Shown piece by piece: positions 36,830 through 50,971 of a stretch of DNA of 64,000 bases (positions are counted from its first letter, which is position 1; each line of letters begins with the position of its first letter). Both the position numbers and the translations under genes were made by a program. Under the pieces are notes generated by a model. That model did no database searches and was not told where the DNA came from. It was given only the letters and a program-made list of their open reading frames with translations. The stretch lies in the NCBI GenBank assembly GCA_964106645.2, contig OZ067039.1. One strand, written 5' to 3'. This DNA is from Podarcis pityusensis (Eukaryota).

Positions 36830-39800
36830 TTGTAGTAATGGTACCAACATGGTGGTGTTATGGGACTGAAACCTGAAATTTGGTACACTTTTAGCCCAAC
36901 CAGTGTCTTAGGAAACAGGACACCTAGATGCATGCCTTTCTTGAACTGTTTGGTGTGGGCTCCAAAATGGTTTCAATTGTTCTATGCAACCTAGAGAGCA
37001 CAAAAAATCTGTTGGGATATCACTTATGACAGGCCTGTGAGGTAGTTCACTGGGCAAAAAGGAGCTAGTGAACACAGCATAGCAACAGAACGCAGATAGT
37101 ACTGTGGTTCTATAGCCAGTTGAGGGATCCTGCAGTCCTTCCTTTTACCTTTTACCTTTTAAAAACATTTTAGCACTACTTCACTTAAAAACTACTTCAC
37201 CAAAAAAAAAAAAAAAAAAAAAAATGCTGTCAGGCCCACCAGTTTCTGTGGCTTTCCACACTTTCAGGAAAGCACAATCAAGGTTGACCTTTAAAGCACA
37301 TTTAAAGAACATGGCTTCCTCCAAAGTTCCTAGAATTCTTTGAGTGGAGGCACATGATGTGACCAATGCTATAGGTTTTTTGGGAAGTGTGGTCCCCTAG
37401 TCAGGCCATAGCATACAGACGACTAGAAAGAAGATTTGTAGAATGAAAGAAAAAGTCCTCCCCAAATCCCTTGTCCATCCCAAGAGTAAGGAAAGTGCAA
37501 CAAAACCTGCACATCCCACCCATGGGAATTTCACTGAATGTTTTCTCTCTCCAATTTGGTAATTTCTGAATGTAGTTTCTTTTTCTCATTAATGGGTAGA
37601 GAATGCTCAAAACAGTGTGTAAGACATTTCCAGCCCAGGCCTTCTCATGTATCTCTTTTGGGATGCGGGGTGTGTTGGGGGCGGCTGGGGAAAGGGAAAG
37701 AGACGGGATAATTTTGATCCCCAGGTGCCAAGAACAAAGTACTTATGTAACTTTCTTAGAAAGTTGTATGTTTCAGATTGGCAGGACATTCTGTTTTTCC
37801 ATCCAAAGGAACAAAGCGAAAACAATGGCACGTGATGGGCTTTATTCTCTTTCAGTTGCTCTGCTGTGAAACACAGTCAGAGGGGGAAGTAATTAACGAT
37901 AATAGAGGGCACCACTGGAGTTGCTTGCTTCGTTCCTTTTTCATCCAAACATCCAAAACATGATTGCAGAGAAAGTTAAGCACTGTACCATTCATTTTAG
38001 GAACCCAATTGGAAATGGGAATCAGAGTGGCTGAAGCCAGCCTTAGCCAACCTGTCATCCTCCAGATTTTCTGAACTGTGACTCCCATCAACCAGCATCG
38101 GGTGGGAGTTATAGTCCAGAACATCTGGAAGGTACCAGATTTGTGAAAACTGCCTTTCGCCTTGCCTTTAATGGAAGCCTCCACCTTTAAGAGCTGCTCA
38201 GCAAAGAATGGTTTGGTGGTGCAGCTTCCCTTTGTGGGGTAAAGCCAAACATGATGATGTTTATCAGTGTGCTACTGTGAAGACCCAAGACCCTCTCTGT
38301 GTTAGGAATCTACACTCCTTGAAGCAATGCTAGAAATGTAGAAGGCACACACTGCAACATTAAAAGGCATTGTTCTGAGATCTAGTACATACATTTCCCA
38401 CATAATGATTCTAGAAGTGGTTCACTGTGGATTTATTCCATTTTATCTTGCCTTCCTTCCAGGAGCTCAGTGGGTGTAATATGGCTCCCACATACAGCAC
38501 CCTTAGCTTCATAACAAAGGGTGAAGGAAGCCAGGCTGAGAGAGAATGACTAGTCCATCACGCTATGGGGCTCAATGGGGATTTGAACCTGGATGTCCTC
38601 ATTTCTGGTACTATATGCTGACCCACTCTACTAATATGTCCAATGGAACTCGGTAAGGAAGATAAAACAGTAGGTTAGCATGACCTCTACAAGCCCTGGA
38701 AATAAGCAGAGGAGGTGTTTTCTTTCATTGCATAGCTATGAATACAGGCAAATTGGGATTATGGCAAGGGGGTGCCGAATGTGAAATAAGTAAGATTTTT
38801 TAAAACCCACACATATCTTGTTATGTTTCTGTCTCTCTTGTAAAACTTAAGAAAGCTGATAAGAACATTCTGTTCTGTGGGATTGTGGTAGGGGAAATGT
38901 GTGTAAGAAATACACACATGTACTATATTGCTGTGCTATGACTTTATTGTATGTTTCCCAAAAAATACTGATTTCAAAATGCACAGCTGAGCGCGGTTAT
39001 GAACTTCAAGGCAGGATTTAGTAAGTCTCTCATGCTGCAGAGTTTAGCTGCTGTGTTTATCATCCAAATTGCCCTTCTTTAAAACAAATAATAATGTATT
39101 AACAGGGAGAAGGGAACCCAAATAAAAGCACTAAGAGTAAATTTCAAGATGACATTCCTCAAATATGCTATTTTAGTTTTGCTTAGGAGATCGCAATTGC
39201 ATCAGTAAGAACGTTCCATCCCGAAACTGTGAACGTAACTAAAGAACCCCATGCTGGATCAGACTAAAGGCCCATCAAGCCCAGCACCCTGTTCATACAG
39301 TGGCCAAACAGATGTCTAAACATACAAAAAAGTTAAAAATTGCAGGTCCCAATAACAATGCTTTCTACATCCGTCCATTGGGAGGACTGTCCAGTTCTTC
39401 CAACTTCTTGCTTCCCATTCCTTAGCCAGTTACTGTTCCACCAGAGGACTTCTCCTATTATCCCATGTTTGCTAAACTTGTACAGAAGTTTTTAGTGAGG
39501 GCTTTTTTTGAGTGCTGTGGCTTAAACATAACTGCAATTATAATTTGTCAAATGAGCAAAACTGTTCCCATTACATAGCCCAAAATGCCCTTCACTTACC
39601 TGTTTCTTTTTTTAAAAAAAATGCAGCTTACTGAAAAGAGTGTTCTTTGTGTGACATTGAACACATGTGCAAGTTTATTTATTCCTTGGGTGAGTTCTGG
39701 GTTGTGTTTACACTCTGCACATGAACCTACCTGCAGAAAGGACTGAAGGGTGTGGTAAGACACAGCTGCCAAGGGTGTGTTCAGCTCTCTTGGCTGATTT

Positions 39801-41278
39801 ATTTCTGTGGTCCCACAATCACCTTCGTACTCACTAGATCACCTGAGCTCCTCAGCAATTTCTCTATCACATAGTTCTGCTCGAAGGCAGTACTAAAGTC
39901 AGAAATGTGCTCCTGGCCCATTTCTGGAAAGCCAAAGCAACACCACAGCTTGGATTCAGCTAAGAATGTTCATTAACTGCCGCGGGGAATCCAAGGATTC
40001 TTAGATTGCAATTAGCTTTTGTAATCAGGCACCATTTGTGACTGCCACTGATTGCACACTTGCCCGAGACACATACAAGGAAAGAGTGACGTCTTCTCTC
40101 ACCCCTCTGCAGTGTACAGAGGACATGGGAGCAGCAGGGCCGGCCCTACTGTGAGGCAAGGTGAGGTGACCGCCTCTGGCAGCACATGCTGTGGTAGTGT
40201 GGGGCAGCAGTTTCCCATAAGGCCCTCTGGTCAGTCACTTCCATTGCAGGGCAGTGCTGTATATGCTACAGGGCATGTTCTTGCCCTCCCTGAAAACTAG
40301 CTGGCTGCCTCGGATGATGAGCACTGAGTGTTGAGCACCTAGGAAGAGAGCTCAGCAGGTATTTGTCTTCCCAACAAGGGCCCAGCAGCGACTGGGAGCC
40401 TTTTCTCCTCACTGCCATCCCCTCTCCTTCACAGTTATCGGCTGAATCATTGCTCATAGCTGAATCCACTCTGACCTCTTCCTGAGTAGGCCCTTCCTAC
40501 CAAGGCGAACTAATCAGGTCTTCCTACCATCTTCTCATCAGGTCTGTTTCCATGTTTTCACTTGAGAACTGGATGGAGCTGGGCCTATATGGCCAAACAG
40601 AGCACAGGACATGGTCAGAAACGTTATTGGGGTGGGAAGCAGGCAAGATGCCTATGAGACGGGGTACTTTGGGTTCTCTTGGGACTAACCCAGATTTCTC
40701 CAAGTCCCCCGGTGTGCCCCCATAGGGTTCCACATCTTTTCCTCAAGAGAAGAAGGTCCTATTCAGGCACCTGGTCACTTAAAGACCACGTTGATTTGCG
40801 AAAGCTTAGAGGGGGTTTGCCCCTCACACCCTGTGGACTCTTTATCTGTGTTGCAGAGGCCACTTTCAGATGGCTCCATTTAATTCTGTTGGCCCTGGAG
40901 TTTGCCACGTAACGTCAGGGTTTATTAAAGAAAGTGAGCTTCAGCCACAACGATGGAGAGATTAGCTCCATTCCCCATTGAAATGCTGCACCTTTTTTGA
41001 GCTGTGCGGAGAGAATTCCACATCCTGCTGCTGCTGCTGCACAGTGCGCCAAGCTGAACGTTCCCCCAAGAGCAGCAGAGGCAGCTGTCGCTGCACCACA
41101 GGGATTCCCTACCAATCTCCTGTTTATGAAATGGCCTTTTACCCTGCCAAGGGAGTGCACATTAAAACATTTTTGCATGGTGATGCTATAAAGATCCCCC
41201 TGGGTCCCAGCAGCACGCTGGGTGGAATAGTACTGAGCGTGTCTGAGCGAGGACAAAAATAAGATCATCCTTTCCTTC

Positions 41279-41440
41279 CTGTAGCTCAGAGGCAGAGGAT
41301 CTGCTTTGCACACAGAATTCCCCAGGTTCAGTCCCCAGCAGCTCCAAGTGGCTGGGACTCTGAAATCCAGGAGAGCCCCTGCCAGACAGTGCTGATAAGA
41401 CTGTGCTAGATGGGCTGGATAAGCATAAGGCAGATTCTTG
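41279..41440 (+). mobile_element. tRNA-derived SINE with CR1-type tail
   Basis: CTGTAGCTCAGAGGCAGAGG...CCCAGGTTCAGTCCCC head and ...CTAGATGGGC...ATAAGGCAG tail. Confidence 0.7.
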
Positions 41441-42764
41441 CGTTGCTTAATAACTTCGCAATTGGAAAAGATGGGGCGAGGTTCTTCTTTCTTCCCAGGG
41501 AAAGCCAGTTCATACGAGACATGACAGTTAGCTTTGTGGTGTATGCACAGGTGTTTAATGGCATGTCAAATGTCAAGAGGAGTCACATGCCTCTACTCAG
41601 AGGCAAAATGTGTTCATGAGCCAGGGAGGCATTTTTGCAGGTGAGAGTCTTCTATGATGTTCACCTCTGCGCTTTTAAAACAGAGCCCTTTCTTTTGAAA
41701 ATGTATATCATACCATTCTTCTCAAAAACAGCATACAGCAGCTAACAATACATACATTAAAACCATATGATAAGCCAATAATGGGTGAATATAGACCCTT
41801 CTCAAATTCCCCCTCCCGCCCCCCCAAAAAACTCCTAGGGTCAATAAAAAGGTTTTGTATATCACTTCCCACTAAAAAGTGCCAAATGATCTACAAGGAA
41901 GAAACAAAATACACAAATAAAATTTCAAAAATAGGTTAAAACAGATTTGACGATATAACATGATGTTATTAGTGCTGCACAAATGACAGGGTGGGGGGAA
42001 TATATATTTGCCTGGTGCCAAAATGATAAGGTTAGCACCATGGTTTTTTGTGACCTGTTTGTCAGCAGTCACATGGATGGCAAATTCCTTCCAAGTACCA
42101 CTTTATCTGACACTGTCTCTGACCAATTGATTGTATGATTCACTGACTATCCATTACATTGGAATGTTAATGTCTTGCCTTCCTCAGATGAGCCCTTGTG
42201 ATATATCTTGCATATATTTTTGCCAGACACCTGACTGTAATTCATGTATGCCTGTTTATTCTCGATAAAACTTATATAGCACCAGACAGACATCCCTGGC
42301 CAACAGGAATTAAAACCAATAATAAGAGATTAAAAACCATAAGAAATTTAACCAGGAACAAGAAATCAAGCAGTCAACTAAAGTAGGGCAGACCATCACC
42401 ACCACCACACAAAACAGAAACCAAAGAAGTCAGCACCAGAACTAACAACACTTGAACCTCAAAGGCCAGGATTTAGCCTGCAGCTTGAAACTACAATGTG
42501 TAGAAGAAGGTATTACGTGACATTGCCCTTTTTGAAACAATGCATCAACTGAAACACAGTCGCCCATCAAAATTGACACTTCTCTGGATTTCGTGATGCA
42601 GTTCTCCAACCAAATAAAGTGCACCAAAATGTGAATACGAGGGGGAAGTGTGCATAAGTACCACCCTGCTGAAGTCTTGGAGCGATATGCTCCGTACCAA
42701 GGTCATCAGTGAGACCCATTGCAGATGCATTTTGACAAACTGAAACTCCTTAAAAGCAGTCCTC

Positions 42765-43112
42765 GGGACGCGGGTGGCGCTGTGGGTTAAACCACAGAGC
42801 CTAGGACTTGCTGATCAGAAGGCCGGTGGTTCAAATCCCCGTGATGGGGTGAGCTCCCATTGTTCGGTCCCTGTTCCTGCCAACCTAGCAGTTCGAAAGC
42901 ACCTCAAAGTGCAAGTAGATAAATAGGTGCCGCTCTGGCGGGAATGTAAATGGCGTTTCTGTGCGCTGCTCTGGTTCACCAGAAGCGGCTTAGTCATGCT
43001 GGCCACATGACCCGGAAGCTGTACGCCGGCTCCCTCGGCCAATAAAGCAAGATGAGCGCCGCAACCACAGAGTCGGCCACGACTGGACCTAATGTTCAGG
43101 GGTCCCTTTACC
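42765..43112 (+). mobile_element. Sauria SINE, full length, inserted in an old minus-strand L2 fragment
   Basis: GGGACGCGGGTGGCGCTGTGGGTTAAACC head and a 14-bp TSD taaaagcagtcctc (42751-42764, 43113-43126). Confidence 0.95.
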
Positions 43113-45606
43113 TAAAAGCAGTCCTCAGCATACAGCACATTGCAATAATACAATTGGCACATTACCAAAGCGCATGTAACTGGCTGGACTGGGTGTCCCT
43201 AGGGAAGGGCGCAAATGCCATACCAAACACAGCTGGAGAAAAGGCACCCCTAGCCACCATTTTTGTCTCTTGAGCATGCAGGAGGTGCTCCAATTTACAA
43301 GGAACAATTGTGCTGATGGCAACATCTGGGGGGAAAACCCATCTCACTCGTTTTGTACCCAATCGATCACTGTGCTCTGCAGGTGAAGGCCCCCTGCAGA
43401 GGACCTTCTTATCAGGAGGTTTGTTCTGCTTGCTATAGGAATCAGGCATTCGGGGTGTGTACATACTGTCATGGCACCTACTCTTTGGAATTCTCTCCCA
43501 CTAAATATCAGGCAGCAGCCATCTGTGTTGTCTTTTTGACAACCCTAGGCTAACTTTCAGGTTGAGCATTTGGGAAAGCCACCCCGGTTGCAGCGGGAAG
43601 CAATGCCAGTTTGCCAGGCCATATGACATGTGATTCATAGCATCTACAGGTTCCGTTCCAGTTCTGGCCACTCTCACATTGCTGCAGCGCTGGTAAGGGA
43701 GACTGTCCATGCAGCCCCTCTGAATGGATGGTAATCTGGATGCATCAAAGCGTGACCTTAAGAAATGCAACAAACCAGGCTCAGGAAACAACAACAACAA
43801 CAACAACAAATCATTTAAAAAAGAAACCAGAAACACTCACATATCTTATGGGGGTTATTATTTATAATATTAAAAAATGAAGCAAATAACTAGTCTGATT
43901 TATCTCACCCGTCCCTTCACACATGCATGTGCTAAAGTAGAATAAGCTCAACTTTGAATTTATGTAAGATTTGCAGCTTCGTTCAATTGGTTTAACCGCT
44001 CTGTGGCTTCTGCCTTAATCTTATCAAAGGTCATTTGGTCGCAGAGATACCTCTTTCAGTATCTCTTTCGTCTAAGGAGAGAAAGTACTTAGCCAGGCTG
44101 ACTCTTTAGCCAGGGGATTTCTAAAGTGAGCATGTTCTAGAAACAACCTTGGAGCCAATCCAGGGAGAGGCTGTCTAGAGGCCTTGGTGGAAAATCCAGG
44201 CAAGCAGCCTCTCAGGCTCAGCTGCCTATCTTTCTGGTCACAGGAGTTACCAGGTGCTGCGTTTCAGTGGGGCAACCTCCCTGGAAAGAAAGCCCCATCA
44301 CACAGCTATGCACAACAGGGAGAGGGGATGCTGGAAGCTTTAGGGCAGTCATAAGAAAGTACTTCATGAAGTACTATGGAATTTGCTCTCACCAGAGGCA
44401 GCAATGGCCACCGATTCACAGCTCCTGATTCCCAGCTCACCCTTGACAGTCAGGAGGACTTTGGTGTGAGGAAGGATTCAGGCTTGGAACCCCCCACCTG
44501 AAGTCCCAGCTTGTATAGTCCCTGGAACTCTGTGCCACATGATTTATCTCTCTATGTGTTGATCACATAGATTAGAACGTCTCTGTTATGGATGGACAAC
44601 CCGGTGCCGTAGGATTGCACAGATGAAGCGCCATGATACAGCAGCGTAAAGAAATGCATCATGTATTCTTGCCTTTACCCGTCTGACATTGCAGAAGGTC
44701 ACACTTCGAAGGGAGCTCTGCATGGTCTGCATTAGCCGGTGCTAACCTCTTAAGCCTCAGTTTCGCCCTCCCGCTTGCCACAGTGCCGAATTTTGATTGC
44801 ATCGTTATAAGCACAGCGAGGAACCTTCTTCATTGCATGGTCTCCTGCAGCGCCACTGCTGAAGCTCCAGAGAGGAGGGCTTCCCACTGACTTTATTCCA
44901 GCACGAGGGGCTGTCAGCTGCCGGCAGCCAGGTTACAAACACACACCGCCATGTGGTAGAGTATGAGACCAGCACATTTCACCCAAGGATTTTCACAAGG
45001 AAACAAGTGGTGTGCATGTTCTCCCTGATATTGGTCTCTCCTAATCCTGACTTTCTCCAAACACTTCTTGTCTTACATTTTGGGACTCTCCAGAAGCAGA
45101 GTTGGGGTTTTTTTTTGGGGGGGGGATCTACAACAGCTGACTGGAGATAGAAAAGCTCTGGGAAATCCCTGTGAATTCCTTTGTAACACTCATACTAGTC
45201 CCTTTCTGTAAAATGGTAGCATAACAAGAGACTGGTTGATGTGAAAACAGATAACCCCGTTAATTTATTACAGTCAAATGCAAAGAGAATAAAAGGGTCT
45301 TGTAACCAAACCCGTCTATGGGTTGTGCTGGGTGGGTGGATTGGGCAGAGGGGCACCTTCGCTGGCATGGAGCTCCTCTACTGTGCACTGCTATGTTGCA
45401 GCCAGCAACACCCATACCCAAAAGTCAGACTTTCCAGGCTGATGCAGTGATCTCCCAGTCCCGCCTCTACCTCCTACTTGGACTAGTGTGCTTGGCAGGG
45501 TTGCAGATGCAGCGATGACCCCGCCATCTTATTAAGCCCCACCAGGCGGCAGCTGGGGTTAGGATTGCGCCCAAACAGATTTACTGTGACGTATGCTTGT
45601 GTGAGA

Positions 45607-45969
45607 GGGACGCGGGTGGCGCTGTGGGTAAAACCTCAGTGCCTAGGACTTGCTGATCGTAAGGTTGGCGGTTCGAATCCCCGCGGCGGGGTGAGCTCCC
45701 GTCATTCGGTCCCAGCTCCTGCCCACCTAGCAGTTTGAAAGCACCCCTAAGTGCAAGTAGATAAATAGGTGCCGCTTTATAGCGGGAAGGTAAACGGCAT
45801 TTTCGTGTGCTGCGCTGGTGCTGGCTCACCAGAGCAGCTTCGTCACGCTGGCCACGTGACCCGGAAGTGTCTGCGGACAGCGCTGGCTCCCGGCCTCTTA
45901 AGTGAGATGAGCGCACAACCCTATAATCGGACACGACTGGCCCGCACGGGCAGGGGTACCTTTACCTTT
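45607..45969 (+). mobile_element. Sauria SINE, distinct subfamily
   Basis: Same head but a different 3' half (GGCACGGGCAGGGGTACCTTTACCTTT-like end). TSD tatgcttgtgtg (45592-45603, 45970-45981). Confidence 0.93.
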
Positions 45970-48570
45970 TATGCTTGTGTGGACTGGATCCCAGGTCCTC
46001 GGGTGCATGAACTGTTGGCCTCAGTTGACAGATGCACTTATAATCATATATGGATGTAGACAATGGAGTCAAAGGGTGATGAAATGAAAGGATCGCAAGC
46101 CCGTTTGGGACTGCCTAATCCCCTGTGCAGTTAGAAGAACATGAGGGAGAAAGTAGATTTGTATGCTAGCTCTGCTCCCCGCCCCCCCAAATCACTCTCC
46201 TCTTGTGCTGCTTACCTCTCCAAGTTATAATGGGATGTCAACTGTACACCTGTAAAAATGGTTTGATTGCTTTTAGCGTCTGCGTAAGTGGTCTGATTGT
46301 TTTTAGAGGTTGTATTCTGGTTGCATTGTATCTCGTTGTGCACCACTTTGATGGGCTCAGGCTCAGAAGCGTTGTATTGATCTGTAAGAAAGAGGGATGG
46401 AATGAAAAAACAAAGGGGGAGCCTTCTCTACATCTATAAGCTTCTAAAGTTCCAAAGTGTGCAGGGAGCTTACATGAGTAAAAATAACTATGTTCTGCCT
46501 CCCCAGTTGGAGGCATTATGACTCTTAATCCCAGTTCCTGGGATGGACAAAGGGAGAGAACACCGCTGCGCTCAGCTCCTGCCTGAAGTTTTCCCAGAGA
46601 CATCTGGTTGGCCACTGTAAGAACAGGATCCCGGAATAGATGGGGCACTAGCCAGATCCAGCAGGGTTCTTCTTATGTTCTTAGAAGATAGCCCCCCAAC
46701 TCATGGAGAGTCACGGGTGGGGGTGAAATGGGTTGGTGAAAGGGATGGATCAAGTGTTCTCTCATCTCCATTCCCCCTGTGTGATGAGCCTAAATAGGAC
46801 AGACGCCTGTGACATTTGTAGGGAAAGCTCAGATGTATGCAAAATAAGCAAGCACACACTTCAAGGACTCCATGCAGAAACAGTGTGCGTTGTTCTCTTG
46901 ATCATGAGGAAAAAGCAGATATGATTCAGCTGAATTACAAGAGGCGGAGACTTGTGGGGGGGGGGGACAAAAGCAAAGCTCAGCAATGGAATTTTACAAA
47001 CTTTCTTTGCATCGCTGCGAACTTGTCGGGATGAGTATGCAGAATAACCTCATCACTGCTGTTTTGGCAAAAACACAAGCAAATCAGGTAGCGGCATGTC
47101 AGGCTTGGCTGTAGCTTTCCCTGTTTACCTGGCAACAATATGAACCGTCAGTCCAATGCAGTTTTGCTACACACGCAAGACAAAAGTAAAATAAAAGAAT
47201 TCACTTGGAACTATTACACTGCTAGTCTTTTCCCTTGTTTGCAGTAAGTAGTTTCAACTCTAGCTAAGTTCCCTTATTGCTGTTTTCTTTGGGGGGTTTT
47301 ATGCTTGATTTAATGGCAATTTGTTTTTACCAAATAAAATACTTTTTGAGATTCACTCAAAACCAGGAGCCGAACCCAAACAGGACTTCTCCCACTTGGT
47401 TCAAGACTACTGGGATATTAATCATTATTAGGGTAGCCAGTAGAAAGCTCCCTGTGTTAAAGGAAATTTCATATCCATTTAGCTGCTGCTTCTTCCTCTT
47501 CCCCTTCTTTTTCTTCACAAGGGGCATGATCCAAACAAAGTTCATGACTTTTAAATCCCATTGATTTCAATGAGAGAAAGCTAAGCACATCCTTACCCCC
47601 CCATTGGAATCAATGACTTAAAACTTGTAATTCTAAACGTAAGCTTTGCATTCTGATTTAAACTTGATTGTGCAGTATGTTTGTTGCTGTTGTCCACACA
47701 GATAGAATACATGTGCGGTAAAGTGTTGGTGGCCACTTTGAATGAGGCCGCAGTGTGAACTCCCCAGAGCTAGGTCTGAATGTGAGAGGCATATTAGTGC
47801 CATTAGATCAGCCTCTCAATCTGTGACAGATAAGCAAAATCATAAAAATAAAAAACATTAGTGAAATAAAATTGGATTTTTAATGGGGGGGGGAATGGTA
47901 GCAGAAGGTGAAATGAACAGATTAGACTATGGTATGGTAGAAATATGGTCCCTGGTGAGCATAACAGGAAAAAGAAAAAGGCACAGAAAGTGTTACTCAC
48001 AATGTAATTTATAGTGTTGTTTTCCAAAACAGATTTGCTTCTGTTTTTTTATATTTAGATGGCTATGCCACAATCTTCAAGTCATCTGATCATGAAGCAT
48101 AGTCAAAAGGAATAAGAGGAACATTAAGTTCCTGTTTATCTTTTAGGAAATGCTTATATCTTCAGAACTATTACAGTACAATGCAGGGTAAAAATGATCA
48201 CTGGAACGAGCACCACTGTTCTGTTCGCAGGTGGTGAAAGAGAAGGACCAAAGCTCAGTGCTAGTGCAGGTTCAATTGCTGGAGTCTCCAGGTAAGGCTG
48301 GGGACAGCTCCAGCCTAAACCCTAGAGAGCCATTGCCAGTCAGAGCAGATAATACTCAGCTAGGTGGCCCAGGGGTCTGGCTCAGGAATCTCTGTCCTTA
48401 AGAAAGAAGGACACTCCACATCCCAGGCTTGGAGAAAAGGACATCACACTTGCTTCTCACAGAGAGTCAACGTTGCTTGGTCTGTTATTATTTTTCCAAA
48501 AAAAAAATACTTTTTACTGAAAATACAGACAATATAATCTTTCAGAGCTTCTGGGGGAGGAAGAAACATA

Positions 48571-48784
48571 CATTCGTACCTTGGAAGTCAAACGGAATCC
48601 GTTCCGGAAGTGCATTAGACTTTCAAAACGTTCAGAAACCCAAGCACGGCTTCTGATTGGCTGCAGGAAGCTCCTGCAGCCAATCGGAAGCCCCGGAAGC
48701 CCTGTCGGACATTTGGCTTCCAAAAATAGTTCACAAACTGGAATAGTTCGGGAACTCAGCTGTTTGACTTCCAAGGTACGACTG
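48571..48784. mobile_element. Tigger/pogo-like MITE
   Basis: 23-bp TIR CA(T/G)TCGTACCTTGGAAGTCAAAC, TA flanks, and the internal palindrome GATTGGCTGCAGGA...TCCTGCAGCCAATC. Confidence 0.9.
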
Positions 48785-50597
48785 TATTAGAAGCCTGGAC
48801 AACACAGAGAGCATTATGACATTGATTGAAAGGAAACAGCTCCTGCATGTTTTGTTTTGAAACTCATCAAATGTACTGAGTTCATTACAACCACTTTCTT
48901 TGACAATAGGCTGAGGACTCTGTTTCCATCTTGCACATAAGCCTCCAAATCTGTGGCCCCAAAGCACTGGGGACAAATATGCTGTACAGTAGGGAATCAA
49001 GTGGCAAACTAGTCAACGCTGAATATGTACAGCTGATGCTGATGGTTCGGGATAGACTAAGGATTCAGCTCTGCTCAGGACACGGATGAGGAGTCTGCTG
49101 ATTGTGTTGGCCTACAGCTCTCGATATAGCTGGCTGGGGCTAATGGGAACAGGAGTCCAGCAACATCTGGTGACACATCCCTGGCTTAGAAGATTGCCCA
49201 GCCGAGGTATCTGGCTGGTTTCTGACATCCTTCGGAGGTCTGACTGGCTCACTGTGCTTCAACACAATCACCATGTGTGCTGAGGTTACCTCTTCAGGGC
49301 AGACTTATGACTGCTTTTTTTCGCTTATATCCATGACAGTTAAAGATGCATCTCAGCTGCTTACCCCACACTTTATTAATACACTTCGAACTGAGTGTTT
49401 TGGACTGGCCTGAAAACAAGTACCTTGTTAATTCAGTGTGTTGAGAGGACACCATTGTAGCAGTCAGATAATGACCCTCTTTTGCCCCTGGCGTCTCTAT
49501 GTAGCAGTTGCTGGGGTGGATATTACTGTGCTCATGTTGTGTTTGTGGGCTTCCCACAAATAAACTGCTGGATGAAACCGGCCTTTGGTCTGACCCCACA
49601 CAGGGCTCTTCTCATGTTCTTATGAGGGCAAGTGCTTTCTCTTCTCCACTCCACTCTTCAGTTGAAAAGCTCGAAGTGGTTTACAGATGGTTCCAAGGTG
49701 GGTCTCCAACTAGGCAATTTACAGGACCAAACCTGCTTCGCTCAGATTATAAGACGAGACCCTGTGCTGATTGAAGCAATGTGCGTAACTGACAAGCACA
49801 GTCTTGTGACTCATCCCAAGATTTGCAATGCAGAACACTGGTGGTTAGAATGGAATGTGCCAACACCAATATCTAGGACAGCACAGGACCACAAAACATG
49901 CTATTACACTGCTACCAGTTGGCTGGAATTGGATGCTAAGGATTTGCTCTCCAGTTTAATGCAATCACAGCCTTCAGTCTTAATGCATAAGTTTTTGTGC
50001 ACCTGCAGAAATAAGATTGCCAACTTCAGTTTGCCCAATGAAAAGTTCCGAGCATGTGCCTCCACAAACTCATCAAGCCTTCCCTCTGAGGCAAAGGTGA
50101 TGGTTTTGTGTAAGTATGTATGGAAATTGGGCTTCTAAGCATTTGTAGAGCTGTCCTTTCTGAAAAGAAAGTGGCTTCCGTTTGAAACAATGGAAGCAGA
50201 GGGCACAGGGTGCCTCCAGACAGGCTGTTTATTTGGACAAAATCTTTAGTAGTATCCTAGGGTTGCCATATTTCAAAAAGTGAAAATCCGGACACAAGGA
50301 CTTCCGCCTGCACAATAGGAGTTTATCTCCTTCTCCTCTTCCTGCCCCCCAATCTGTCCTGGGGTTTCCTACAACCTTCTGGAGCACATTTGGGGGGGGG
50401 GGTAAATATTTGGGGAGAGGGAGAAGAAGTCCTATGGCACAGGCAGAAGGCTTTGCACAAATAGGACAATTTCATTGGATACACTCCTTGTTTGTTTCTC
50501 CACACTTGCTAGTGCAAACATCCCATCACTTTTCTAACCACAAACAAGTCCGATAAGGATCACCGCACTGGAAAGTGTGGGAAAACATCTACTACCT

Positions 50598-50721
50598 GGC
50601 AATGTCATATGACGCCAGCATTAACATATTAGGAAAATGCAATGTCATATAATCTCTGCACAAGTTTTGTGTGACCATATGAGTATGACTGCTCAATAAA
50701 ACAAACAGTCTGGAAGCTCCC
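50598..50721 (+). repeat. Degenerate copy of dispersed bipartite-motif element
   Basis: catatgag-tatgac-tgctcaataaa (50676-50700) followed by acaaacagtctggaagctccc. The upstream linker resembles 28285-28315. Confidence 0.55.
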
Positions 50722-50779
50722 ACATTGCTCTTGGGGACAAGTTAATTGGTTTATTTAAAAAATTGTTAAGCCCTATGCC

Positions 50780-50935
50780 GTTTTAAAATGTGGTTCTTTT
50801 GGAGGGGTGTTATTGGGTTGTTGTTTTCATTTTGCTTATATATATATTGTGATTTTAATCTTGATATTTTCTGTGAACCGCCCTGAGACCTCCAGGTATA
50901 GGGTGGTATATAAATTCAATTAACAACAACAACAA
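50780..50935 (+). mobile_element. L2-type 3' tail with (CAA)n
   Basis: TGTGAACCGCCCTGAGACC...AGGGTGGTATATAAAT terminal stem typical of squamate L2 tails. Confidence 0.65.
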
Positions 50936-50971
50936 GGTGGATGACAGAACAACAGTTAAAATGCTTAACTG

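Noticed and set aside
47077-47099. Additional bipartite-motif copies (also 13-36, ~21521-21546 and 59283-59306)
   Set aside because: Only one half matches well; indistinguishable from chance in AT-rich DNA without a profile search.
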